A stretch of DNA of 29,485 nt from Candidatus Aenigmatarchaeota archaeon (GTDB lineage: Archaea; Aenigmatarchaeota; Aenigmatarchaeia; Aenigmatarchaeales; JAHLMR01). The stretch covers positions 1 through 29,485 of the forward strand of contig JAHLMR010000007.1 of assembly GCA_018920255.1 (NCBI GenBank), written 5' to 3'. A model generated the notes under the pieces. The model was not told where the DNA came from, did not search any database, and saw only the letters and a program-made list of their open reading frames with translations. Each line of letters begins with the position of its first letter. Position 1 is the stretch's first letter. This document shows, piece by piece, positions 1-8,107 of the stretch. The position numbers and the translations under genes are program-made.

Positions 1-534
1 GGAGAATAGGTAGAAGTAAAATATTGATATAGTAAGTATAAAGATATGATAAAGATAATAGCAACTAATATTGGTGGAAAAGCAAATATAGAAAAAATTA
101 ATGCAATTCCAGCAATACTTACTAATCCTAAAAGAATTTCTTGCCAGTGATTTTGAACTGCTCTTAAAATAGCAGAGAAAAAGTTTGCTGAAGCTTCTAA
201 TAGTTTTAAACCTGCTTCAATAAACTTTCCTTGAGAAATTAAATAAAATATAGAAGATATTGTATTAAATCCATCGTTAAATGATTTTTTAAGAAATTTT
301 AAAAGACCAGATAAAGCATCACCATTAGAATTTCCCTTAGTATTTTTATTATAGTAATATATAGCACCAAAGCCTGCTCCAAAACTAATTACAGAACTTA
401 TAATTTTATCAAAAGAAGTTGCTTGTCCGGAGATTGGATTAAAAGGTACTGCAAATCCGGGTAGAGAAAAAGATAGTATAGATAAAAAAATAAAAAGAAA
501 TTGACGTTTAAGGAGTTTATTTATTACTTTCATT
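1..534 (-). CDS. Hypothetical membrane/secreted protein, 5' part only (runs off the left edge)
   Basis: I translated the minus strand by hand from ATG at 534: MKVINKLLKRQFLFIFLSILSFSLPGFAVPFNPISGQ... The frame stays open to position 1. It has a hydrophobic N-terminus and a C-terminal hydrophobic stretch. It is absent from the ORF track because it is truncated. Confidence 0.6.
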
Positions 535-646
535 ATAAATAATTTAATTTTATTTATATTTAAAACTTGAAAAATAAAATAAATTTTTTATTGATATGTA
601 ATAAGTTTCTAAATTTGTGAATTTAAAATTGGTGTCGGGGGCGGGG

Positions 647-758
647 ATTTCTCTGCAACTTCTTCGAAGCTTCTTTTTCAAAAAAAGAAGCTTCAGCAAG
701 AAAAACTGTCTTTCTTGATGCAACTTCTTTTTTAAAGAAGTTGCAAAGAAGGTTCTTC
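647..758 (-). other. T-loop intervening sequence of tRNA(CAU), ~112 nt, putative 59/60-type intron (ends +/-2 nt)
   Basis: Lies between GCGGG-TTCAAA and C-CCCGC. It consists of stacked hairpins (GCAACTTCTTT/AAAGAAGTTGC, CAAGAAA/TTTCTTG, GAAGCTTCTTTTT/AAAAAGAAGCTTC). Confidence 0.7.
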
Positions 759-780
759 TTTGAACCCGCGACCTTCAGAT

Positions 781-816
781 ATCTCATTGATTTATTCTCG
801 AAACTCATAAATCTAT
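781..816 (-). other. Canonical 37/38 intron of tRNA(CAU), 36 nt
   Basis: CTCA (nt 32-35) pairs with TGAG just upstream of a 3-nt bulge ATA that precedes TCTGA. An inner helix GATTTAT/ATAAATC completes a bulge-helix-bulge-like fold with both cuts after the second bulge nucleotide. Confidence 0.75.
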
Positions 817-832
817 TATGAGTCTGACGCTC

Positions 833-847
833 TTTCCTGCAATAATG
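833..847 (-). other. Extra ~14-15 nt in the D-loop of tRNA(CAU), candidate micro-intron
   Basis: 24 nt (AGCCTGGTACATTATTGCAGGAAA) lie between D-stem GCTC and GAGC, where 8-11 are expected. Boundaries are not resolved. Confidence 0.4.
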
Positions 848-895
848 TACCAGGCTGAGCCACCCCGACTTTAAAAAAATAATAAAAATTAGAAT

Positions 896-1615
896 TTATA
901 AATTAAAATATTTAAGTGCATCATATATATTATTCACTGCAATTACTTGTATACCTTCTATTACAATATCTTTAATATTTTTCTTTTCATATCTTTTTTC
1001 ACAAATTTCATAACCATTTTGATTTATACATTTTTCAACTGGTGTATAAATATCTTGTTTAAAATTTTCTTCTGGAATTAGAAATATACTAACTCCTTTA
1101 CTTTTTGCTGCTTTAATTTTTTCTAAAATTCCTCCAACTTCTCCTATACTTCCATCTTTTTCTATTGTTCCGGTAATTATAATGCTTTGATTAATAGATT
1201 TGTTTTTTAATGCTGCTATTGTTGCTATTGTAATTGCTGCACCTGCAGAAGATCCTCCTACTAATGTAGCATTATCTGTTTTTATTGTATAGATAATATC
1301 AATATTATTAGTATTTATTCTAGTAATTTCTTCTGCTATTTTTTTAGCTGTTTGAATAGAATCCTGAGTATCAACCCAAAATTTTATTTTATCTATATTA
1401 GTAAGAATTTTTCCAGAACCCGGTTGTATCTCAACTATTAGTTCAGTTAGCACACCTTTATTGTTTTCATCTACTGCAGGTAAATACATTTTTACATATG
1501 AAGAATTTATTTGGGTTTCCTCATAAGAAATTTGATTTTGAAAATAAAAAAATAATAAAAAATATGTTAAAAATATGAAAATTAATATTAAAATAAAATA
1601 TTTAGTATTTTTCAT
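896..1615 (-). CDS. Membrane-anchored Lon-type (S16) peptidase domain protein without an AAA+ module
   Basis: Contains GGSSAGAAITIATIAAL (catalytic Ser motif) and GGILEKIKAAKSKGVSIFLIPEEN (catalytic Lys region), plus an N-terminal TM helix. I moved the start to the MKNTKYF Met at 1615, because the longer ORF (to 1684) overlaps the upstream small gene. Confidence 0.75.
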   Translation of the reverse strand: MKNTKYFILILIFIFLTYFLLFFYFQNQISYEETQINSSYVKMYLPAVDENNKGVLTELIVEIQPGSGKILTNIDKIKFWVDTQDSIQTAKKIAEEITRINTNNIDIIYTIKTDNATLVGGSSAGAAITIATIAALKNKSINQSIIITGTIEKDGSIGEVGGILEKIKAAKSKGVSIFLIPEENFKQDIYTPVEKCINQNGYEICEKRYEKKNIKDIVIEGIQVIAVNNIYDALKYFNL

Positions 1616-1640
1616 AATCTTATAAATAATTTGATAGTAT

Positions 1641-1793
1641 TTATTTTTTTGCTTTACCGAGAATTCTAAAAACTTTTGTTCCACATGTAGGACAAACTCC
1701 TTGAATAGCCTTTAATCCATTTTTCATTTCAACTTCTCTTGCATCCTTTATTTCAACTGTTTTTTTACATTTCATACATCTACCTTCTGTCAT
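1641..1793 (-). CDS. Small zinc-ribbon protein, 50 aa (DUF5679-like)
   Basis: Hand translation: MTEGRCMKCKKTVEIKDAREVEMKNGLKAIQGVCPTCGTKVFRILGKAKK*. It has CxxC...CxxC, is 51 codons long, and falls below the ORF-track cutoff. Confidence 0.7.
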   Translation of the reverse strand: MTEGRCMKCKKTVEIKDAREVEMKNGLKAIQGVCPTCGTKVFRILGKAKK

Positions 1794-1862
1794 AAATAAC
1801 ACCTCTTTAAATAATATTTAAATAATAATAAAAATATTAAGTTATTAAAGATTGTGGTTTAT

Positions 1863-2285
1863 ATGAGAGGTATATCACCTTTAATAGCTTCAATTTTACT
1901 TATAGCCTTAACAATGACAATTGCTGTAATTCTTGCAAATTGGGCTACGGGAATAACACAACAAACATTAGCTACTACTCAAAGATGTATTGGTGCAAGA
2001 CTAGAATATACAACAGCAGATTATCCCAAATGGAATCCTTCTGATGGAAGCATAGTAGCAGTTATAACATCTTATGGGGCAACAATGGGAAAATTTAAGT
2101 TTGAAATACTTTTAACAAACGATACAATTTTAGTTTTTCCTGATAAAACTAATCTTATATTAGCATCTGGAAGTACTGGTACAGTTATGAGCGATCCAAT
2201 ATTAGTTTCAAGAGATAATATTAGAATGGTAAGAATAACTTCAAATTGTACAGATGTAAAAACAACATGGGAATCATTAAAATAA
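1863..2285 (+). CDS. Archaeal type IV pilin-like protein (class III signal peptide)
   Basis: MRG|ISPLIASILLIALTMTIAVILANW matches the archaeal pilin N-terminal consensus (K/R-G cleavage site followed by a hydrophobic helix). The ATG at 1863 is preferred over the GTG at 1854. Confidence 0.75.
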   Translation: MRGISPLIASILLIALTMTIAVILANWATGITQQTLATTQRCIGARLEYTTADYPKWNPSDGSIVAVITSYGATMGKFKFEILLTNDTILVFPDKTNLILASGSTGTVMSDPILVSRDNIRMVRITSNCTDVKTTWESLK

Positions 2286-2286
2286 A

Positions 2287-2934
2287 TTACCAGCATTTTA
2301 TATAATTATTTAAAATTTCTATATTTACTGGCTCATAAAAAACATATTTTTCATCTAATATATATGCTGGAATTGAAGTAATATTATAATTTGTGAGAAG
2401 GATATCTATACTTGTAAGATTTAAATCTGTTGGTAAAGTTATGTATACTGTTTTAATCCCACATCTTTGTTTAAAATCAAAAAGCAATACATCCAAAATT
2501 TTTTGTTTTTCTGTTTTGTTATAATATGAATAAAAATAAATAACAGTTGAAAGTTTATCAGCACATAAATTTTTAAGTTTTAATGTATTTTTTAAAAGCT
2601 GAAGATCTAATAATGCATAATTTTGTTTTTCTAATAAAATTTCATTTGTTAATTTATTTGCAGTATCATAAAGTTCAATTTTTTTTCCAAAAAAATATAT
2701 TTTATCAGCTAAAATCCTATTTTGTTCTATTAAATAATCGCATTTTTCAGAAGTAGAAGCATTTATATACTCTTCAAAAAATTTTGCATCATTCCATAAA
2801 ATATTTATGTATAAATTTTCATTTTTTATTTCATTTAATCTTATAACTTCAGAGAGGTATCCAATCAAAAAGAAGGTAAAAATTATTATAAAAAAAATTA
2901 TTAATGTTTTTCCTATTAGGTTTTTTAGTTTCAT
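2287..2934 (-). CDS. Hypothetical N-terminally anchored protein, coupled to the GT2 gene
   Basis: The ATG lies 2 nt after the GT2 stop (TAGTTATG). There is one N-terminal TM helix and no motif I recognise. Confidence 0.6.
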   Translation of the reverse strand: MKLKNLIGKTLIIFFIIIFTFFLIGYLSEVIRLNEIKNENLYINILWNDAKFFEEYINASTSEKCDYLIEQNRILADKIYFFGKKIELYDTANKLTNEILLEKQNYALLDLQLLKNTLKLKNLCADKLSTVIYFYSYYNKTEKQKILDVLLFDFKQRCGIKTVYITLPTDLNLTSIDILLTNYNITSIPAYILDEKYVFYEPVNIEILNNYIKCW

Positions 2935-2936
2935 AA

Positions 2937-4160
2937 CTACCACGAATATGATTTTGTTAAAAACTTTATTGTTGAATGAATATAATTTAATGGTGTTAAG
3001 AATATATAAATTGTTAAAAATATTATTAAAATGAAAAAATTATCTTTAATTTTTATTTTTAAATTTATTTTATGAAAGCTTAACCATATCCATAAAAAAG
3101 ATGAAAATATAGAAAAAATACTTAAAATTATAAAAATATTAGGCAAAAGTAAGCTATCAAAATTCAGAATATTTAATAAGTTTACACCATAAAAAGATGA
3201 TGAAAATATAATAAGAATATCATAAAGCCTTGTTAAAATTAAATAAACTGTTAATATAAGCCCCAAAATTGTGAAAAAATATGCAGATATAAATAATGGA
3301 ATAACAAAACAACCAAATCCACTATATTTAGTATTAAATAACATATCTATATGTTTTATTGTTGTTTGCATTCCACCAATATTCCATCTTATTCTTTGAT
3401 GCCACCATTGTTTAAATGTTTCAGGAACAGAAGTTAAAATTTTTATTGGGACTGACATTTTTATTTTATATCCATGTCTTAAAATTCTCCATGCAATTTC
3501 TATATCTTCAGTCATATTATTTTTATCAAAACCACCTATTTCTTTTAATACTTTTTTTCTATAAAGAGCAAATGGTCCTGGAGTTACATATATTGCATTT
3601 AAATTTTCTAAAATTTTTCTACTTAGAATATATAAGATATATTCAATACTTTGGAGTTTTTCTATTATATTTTTTGGCCTATCAACAAAAATAGAAACTG
3701 TTACTGCAGCAACATCTTTATCTTCAAAAAAACCAATAGATTTTAGTAATGCATCTTTTGAAGGATATGTATCAGCATCTATAGTAACAATTATCTCTCC
3801 CTTAGCTTTTTTTAATCCATAATTTAATGCATCTGCTTTTCCTCCATTTTTCTTAGAAAAAACTTTAATTCCTTTTATTTTTTTTAAAATTTCTAAAGAA
3901 TTATCTGTTGAACCATCATTTATAACTATAATTTCAAATTTTTTAGGATATTTTAATTTTTTAACATATTCTATAGTTTTTTTAATACATTTTTCTTTAT
4001 TATAAACAGGTATTAAAATACTTACAGAAGGGAAACTTTTTGGCTTAGAATATGAAACTATATTTTTTCTTGAAATATAAAATAGATTAAAGAAAAAAAT
4101 CATGAAAAAAATACTTGAAATAATTAAAAACAAAAATATCCAATCTAATAAATACATCAT
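2937..4160 (-). CDS. Processive family-2 glycosyltransferase (PgaC/IcaA/NodC/chitin-synthase-like), integral membrane
   Basis: Motifs INDGSTD, DADT, TEDIE and QRIRW (the D,D,D,QxxRW signature), with N- and C-terminal TM helices. Confidence 0.8.
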   Translation of the reverse strand: MMYLLDWIFLFLIISSIFFMIFFFNLFYISRKNIVSYSKPKSFPSVSILIPVYNKEKCIKKTIEYVKKLKYPKKFEIIVINDGSTDNSLEILKKIKGIKVFSKKNGGKADALNYGLKKAKGEIIVTIDADTYPSKDALLKSIGFFEDKDVAAVTVSIFVDRPKNIIEKLQSIEYILYILSRKILENLNAIYVTPGPFALYRKKVLKEIGGFDKNNMTEDIEIAWRILRHGYKIKMSVPIKILTSVPETFKQWWHQRIRWNIGGMQTTIKHIDMLFNTKYSGFGCFVIPLFISAYFFTILGLILTVYLILTRLYDILIIFSSSFYGVNLLNILNFDSLLLPNIFIILSIFSIFSSFLWIWLSFHKINLKIKIKDNFFILIIFLTIYIFLTPLNYIHSTIKFLTKSYSW

Positions 4161-4180
4161 AATTAATACCTTAAGAAAAA

Positions 4181-4213
4181 ATTAAATAAAAACCTGATGG
4201 AAAAACCATCAGG
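4181..4213 (-). terminator. Hairpin plus T-tract downstream of the S-layer gene
   Basis: CCTGATGG-5 nt-CCATCAGG (8 bp stem, 4193-4213), followed on the minus strand by TTTTTATTTAATTTTTT. Confidence 0.55.
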
Positions 4214-4225
4214 CTAATTTAAATT

Positions 4226-6364
4226 CTATTGTACAACTACTGTTTGGAAGTTTTCTCCAGTTACTTTTGCTGAACTGGATGTTATGCTTGCAAGTTTTGT
4301 TCCATCTTGTACTACACGTGCTGCAAGCATTGTATCTTGTGCGCGTGTTCCAGCAATAATTAAAGCTGTCTTTCCTGATGTAAATGCATCTTTAACAACT
4401 TTAATTATTCCAAAGTTTTCTGCTGGCCAGTTTTCACATGTGTAATCAAACTTTCCTGCTGTTGCTAAATCTGCAACTAAGCTGTTTACACATGGACCTC
4501 CTACTAATACTAAATCATAGCCAGATTTATCACTTGCTGAAACTTCGCTGTCAAGTTTAACTACATTTGATGTTATTGGTACTGCTTCTTTATAAGTTGT
4601 TCCTCCAGCAGCAGATGTTTGTATTCCTAATCCAAATTTTCCTTTTACTTGTTGTGCTGGATATTTTATTACAACTTTATTGTTTCCAGCATTTGTTTTT
4701 ACATTAACTAATGTTATTCCAAAATCTGATACGATGTCATGTTCCCATGTTCCAACTTCCGCTGGATTGCCTGCTGTATTATCAAATTTTACATCTCCTG
4801 TTTCTGCATCATCACTAGTTCCTAATCTTATTTTTTTGTCAGCGCTATTATAGTTATAATATGCTTCCCAAGCATTATTTGTTTTTGTACCGAATAGTTT
4901 AGGATGTGTGTTATTTGTATAATTTATTGTATCTGTTGTTTGATCATATGTTAAGCTAGCAATGGTAACCCCTGATGCTCCAGATGCATCTTTCCATTCT
5001 GTTGCATTTACATATCTTGAAGATTTTGAATCATAGTATACAACCATTATATGCTTGTCTGATGTTGTTTTATTAATTAACATATATACATCTTTTTGAT
5101 AACCTTCAACACCATTTATGTTAAATATTGGAACATCTGAGGATAATTTTATTGCAGCTACTTCACTTGATGGTACTAAAATACCATATCCAGATGATGC
5201 TGTACTATTATATACTGTAAATCCAGAAACCGGTGAAATTGTTATTGTTGCATATTTGTTTACTGTAAATCCTTCAAATACAAATCCTGTATAATCTTCA
5301 GGGGTCATTAATTTTTCTCCTGATTTTAGATAAAATGTATTTCCATCTTTATCAGTACCACTGAATTTTACTCCTATGTAATCACTTGTACCCCATTTAT
5401 TTGTATTAGCAAAGCTTATATCCCATTGCCATGATTGATCATTTTCAGTGTATAAATCTCCAGAATTTATTGTTTTTTCAATATCTGACCCAACCGCTGC
5501 AAAAATCTCTGCTTTTGCTACTCCATATACTTGAAATTCATATGCATTTTGTAAATATATTTTTAGATTTCCATTATCAAATTCTTCTGTTGAGCCTTTT
5601 GTTATAATCTTTTGATCAACTAGTGATCCTCCTTTATAAACTGCTATTTCAGCCTGTGTTGAACTTCCCATTATAAATTTTATTTCATAATCTCCAACTG
5701 TTAAGCTTCTTGTTGCATCAATTGTTCCTTTAGTTCCTTTTAATACAGTTATTGAACTACCACCGATTCTTGTTAACAAATAGTCTTTACCTAATATTTT
5801 TATTGAAAGAGGTTTTGTTGCGCTTAATCCACTTAAATCAACTGTTTGAGTTGATATTATTCTATATTCAAATCCGCCTAAATCTTTTGCAACAACTGTT
5901 CCATTATAGATATCTTTATTATTATCTAATGTCATACCTGTACCTAATACTATTTTTTCTTGTAGTGTTGTTTTGTTTCCACCAAAGTTTATATCAAATT
6001 CTTTTAAAGATGGTATTGAAACACTACTAAATTGTGTTGTTCCAAATGCATTATCTATATCTCCGCCAAATTCTACTTCTCTTTCTGGTCCATCAACTTT
6101 AGCTAATCCTGTTCCTGCAACAGATTTTTCTATTGTTGCTTTTCCTGCTAACATTACTGCAACATTTATTGCTCCTGCTACATCTTCTGCTTTTGCATTT
6201 GCTCCAACTACGAATAATGGAAAGCTTACTGTACTATCTGTTACTGATACTAAATCACTGATTTTATTTACTTGAGTTATAGTTGCTGCCATTACAGGTG
6301 CTGCTACTGTTAATCCTGTCATTAAAGCAGATCCTGCTATTGCAGCTAATTTTCTAAATTGCAT
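4226..6364 (-). CDS. S-layer (surface layer) protein precursor
   Basis: Signal peptide MQFRKLAAIAGSALMTGLTVAAPVMA|A and a T/S/G/N/V-rich body. The C-terminal block DLVLVGGPCVNSLVADLA...ALIIAGTRAQDT resembles euryarchaeal S-layer C-termini. There is a strong GGAGG SD and a structured leader. Confidence 0.75.
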   Translation of the reverse strand: MQFRKLAAIAGSALMTGLTVAAPVMAATITQVNKISDLVSVTDSTVSFPLFVVGANAKAEDVAGAINVAVMLAGKATIEKSVAGTGLAKVDGPEREVEFGGDIDNAFGTTQFSSVSIPSLKEFDINFGGNKTTLQEKIVLGTGMTLDNNKDIYNGTVVAKDLGGFEYRIISTQTVDLSGLSATKPLSIKILGKDYLLTRIGGSSITVLKGTKGTIDATRSLTVGDYEIKFIMGSSTQAEIAVYKGGSLVDQKIITKGSTEEFDNGNLKIYLQNAYEFQVYGVAKAEIFAAVGSDIEKTINSGDLYTENDQSWQWDISFANTNKWGTSDYIGVKFSGTDKDGNTFYLKSGEKLMTPEDYTGFVFEGFTVNKYATITISPVSGFTVYNSTASSGYGILVPSSEVAAIKLSSDVPIFNINGVEGYQKDVYMLINKTTSDKHIMVVYYDSKSSRYVNATEWKDASGASGVTIASLTYDQTTDTINYTNNTHPKLFGTKTNNAWEAYYNYNSADKKIRLGTSDDAETGDVKFDNTAGNPAEVGTWEHDIVSDFGITLVNVKTNAGNNKVVIKYPAQQVKGKFGLGIQTSAAGGTTYKEAVPITSNVVKLDSEVSASDKSGYDLVLVGGPCVNSLVADLATAGKFDYTCENWPAENFGIIKVVKDAFTSGKTALIIAGTRAQDTMLAARVVQDGTKLASITSSSAKVTGENFQTVVVQ

Positions 6365-6374
6365 TTATTTCATT

Positions 6375-6440
6375 CCTCCTTTTTATTTTTTGTGCGGTGA
6401 ATGCACAAAAATATAGAGTGCTAACTTTTTGTAGCACTCT
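6375..6440 (-). promoter_or_regulatory. Structured 5' leader of the S-layer gene with SD
   Basis: AGGAGG (6375-6380) lies ~10 nt upstream of the ATG. Hairpin TGTGC-7-GCACA spans 6391-6407 and hairpin AGAGTGCTA-8-TAGCACTCT (9 bp) spans 6415-6440. A possible TATA (TTATAT) sits near 6461-6468. Confidence 0.5.
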
Positions 6441-6617
6441 TTTCATATTAAAATATTATGATATAAGGGGTTATTAAATTTTCTTTAAACTGTTTCTATA
6501 TTGTTTTTTATATTAAAAATATTATTTTTTAAATTAAAAATAAATTATATAAATGCTTTAAAAAGTTTATAATGGTGTTTTATAACTTATTTTTTAATAA
6601 AAAGTAATTTAAATATA

Positions 6618-7505
6618 TTATTTTTTTGAAAATTCTTTAACAACATAAATCCTGTTAGAACGTCCAATTCTTTCTAATCTTATTATTCCTCTCTCACTTA
6701 AATTCTTTAAAACCTTAGAAACTTTTGCTTTAGAAAATTTACTTTCTCTAACGATTACTTTTTGATTAACACCATCTCCATGTTTTAATATTAATTCCAT
6801 TATTAATTTTTCATCTGATTTTAAAATTGGGAGAAATATTTGTACTCCAAGTTTTTTTCTAAACCTAAAAATTAAAATAATTATTAAAATTGAAACAGTA
6901 GCTATTATAATTGTAATTAATGGAATTTCTGTTTTTTCTTTTATTAAAGATTCATAAAATATTTGGAATGATAAAAGTTCACCTAATGGTAAATTGTTTT
7001 TTTGCCAATAAACAAAAATTTTTCTTCCATCACTTGCAATATTTCCATATGTTGGAATTATTGATTCTCTATCAGAAATTATTGCTGTTCCTTCAGGTAA
7101 ATATACTTTATATAAAAATGAATTTATTGTATCATAAACAATGAATTCTTTTTTAAATGAAAAAATATTATTTTCTTTTTTTATATTTGAGGAAATAAAA
7201 TTAATTTTTAAACTTCTGTTTGATTCAGATGCTAATTTTGTATCACAAATCAATAAATTTCTATCAGCTGATTTAGATAATTCACAAGATGCAGGAAAAT
7301 TAGAAGAATAAGAAAAGTTTTTAATATCGAATAAAAATGAAATTTTTACTTGGGATGTTTCATTTGGTTCTATTGTCATTATAATATTATCAGTTATCAA
7401 ATTATCATAAATTATTGATTCTTCACCAAAATAAATTATTTTAGAAAATGATGCCTGAGAAAATAAAAAAATAAATAATAGTATAGTAATTAAATATCTA
7501 TTCAT
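6618..7505 (-). CDS. Single-pass membrane protein with extracytoplasmic domain and C-terminal winged-helix DNA-binding domain
   Basis: Signal/anchor MNRYLITILLFIFLFSQASF, a TM helix IPLITIIIATVSILIIILIF, then DEKLIMELILKHGDGVNQKVIVRESKFSKAKVSKVLKNLSERGIIRLERIGRSNRIYV (MarR/TrmB-like wHTH). Confidence 0.65.
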   Translation of the reverse strand: MNRYLITILLFIFLFSQASFSKIIYFGEESIIYDNLITDNIIMTIEPNETSQVKISFLFDIKNFSYSSNFPASCELSKSADRNLLICDTKLASESNRSLKINFISSNIKKENNIFSFKKEFIVYDTINSFLYKVYLPEGTAIISDRESIIPTYGNIASDGRKIFVYWQKNNLPLGELLSFQIFYESLIKEKTEIPLITIIIATVSILIIILIFRFRKKLGVQIFLPILKSDEKLIMELILKHGDGVNQKVIVRESKFSKAKVSKVLKNLSERGIIRLERIGRSNRIYVVKEFSKK

Positions 7506-7948
7506 TTTTTCTCACTTTTTGGATTTACAAATACGATTCCACCTATTCCAGCTGCAGCAAATTGATGCATAATACCTGCAACTGAATTTAAAACTGTTTG
7601 TGCAGCATTTATATTTATTTTTAATTCTTTTGGTTCTATAATTTCTATTGCAGACGGACCGTATACTATTATTAAATTAATAGCGGTTTCAAAATTTTTT
7701 ACAATACATGTTATTTCAAGTGTAGATGACCAAGCTTCGTTTATCCCTTTCATTGGATTTAAAACTTTACTTGATTCTCCGAATTTTTTTGAATAAATCT
7801 TAACTCCTTGTTCCTTTTCAAATTTTTCAAAAAGTGAGTTTAATGAATTTTCTGCTGTTTCTTTATTAATAGCTAAAACTTCAAAAAATATATTTAGCTT
7901 TATCCAACCTTCCTTTATTTTTTCCTTAACTTCTTCTTCAGATATCAT
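7502..7948 (-). CDS. Hypothetical protein
   Basis: 148-aa ORF whose stop overlaps the next start (ATGA). No motif recognised. Confidence 0.55.
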   Translation of the reverse strand: MISEEEVKEKIKEGWIKLNIFFEVLAINKETAENSLNSLFEKFEKEQGVKIYSKKFGESSKVLNPMKGINEAWSSTLEITCIVKNFETAINLIIVYGPSAIEIIEPKELKININAAQTVLNSVAGIMHQFAAAGIGGIVFVNPKSEKK

Positions 7949-8032
7949 TAAAATCCCTTAGTTAATATTTTAATTTTTTATTTTAAAAAGATTAAATATA
8001 TTAAATAATATGCCCCAGTAGCTCAGTTGGTA

Positions 8033-8045
8033 CAAATGCAAAAAA
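8033..8045 (+). other. ~12-13 nt extra segment in the D-loop of tRNA-Thr, candidate micro-intron
   Basis: The D-loop is AGTTGGTACAAATGCAAAAAA (21 nt). It shares GGTACA..TGCA..AAAGAGC with the D-loop insertion of tRNA(CAU). Confidence 0.4.
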
Positions 8046-8083
8046 GAGCGGCTGCCTCGTAAGCAGCAGGTCGGGAGTTCAAA

Positions 8084-8107
8084 GCAGCTTTTAAAAAATG
8101 AGTAAAA
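8084..8107 (+). other. ~24 nt T-loop insertion of tRNA-Thr (putative intron, ends approximate)
   Basis: TTCAAA|GCAGCTTTTAAAAAATGAGTAAAA|A-CTCCC. Same entry point (after TTCAAA, starts with G) as the long elements. Confidence 0.55.

Larger units (their letters stand above)
630..869 (-). tRNA. tRNA with CAU anticodon (elongator Met or Ile2), 240 nt gene with three interruptions, CCA encoded
   Basis: Minus-strand read: GTCGGGG-TG-GCTC...GAGC-G-TCAGA-CTCATA[36 nt]A-TCTGA-AGGTC-GCGGG-TTCAAA[~112 nt]C-CCCGC-CCCCGAC-A-CCA. The acceptor, D, anticodon and T stems all pair perfectly. G1:C72 and a weak anticodon stem argue against an initiator. Confidence 0.85.

Noticed and set aside
647-758. Box C/D sRNA or homing-endonuclease ORF inside the long tRNA insertions
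   Set aside because: In RNA sense there is a CUGA but no RUGAUGA C box. TGATGA occurs only on the antisense strand of one copy. The elements are too short and too palindromic to encode a protein.
623-808. 61-aa ORF on the minus strand (MSFENKSMRYLKVAGSKK...)
   Set aside because: It lies entirely inside tRNA(CAU) and its intervening sequences. The Lys/Glu/Phe-rich translation is just the GAAG/CTTC hairpins read as codons.
2072-2296. 74-aa minus-strand ORF overlapping the pilin gene. The plus or minus shadow ORFs at 2807-3034, 3416-3694, 5752-6030, 5973-6275, 6920-7144, 13633-14013, 15736-16020, 20453-20644, 22951-23346 and 27592-27816 are the same kind of case.
   Set aside because: All are antisense to longer ORFs with recognisable domains. 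They have low-complexity Leu/Phe/Ile/Lys-rich translations typical of AT-rich shadow frames.
4226-6364. Higher GC of the S-layer gene as evidence of horizontal transfer
   Set aside because: It is not rejected outright, but it is not claimed either. The Ala/Gly/Thr/Val-rich composition and probable high expression can explain the shift without transfer, and GC3 must be computed to decide.
6441-6617. Possible small RNA in the 250-nt gap upstream of the S-layer gene
   Set aside because: Beyond the two leader hairpins the region is nearly pure A/T with no conserved boxes or stems I can see. It is more simply a promoter and terminator spacer.
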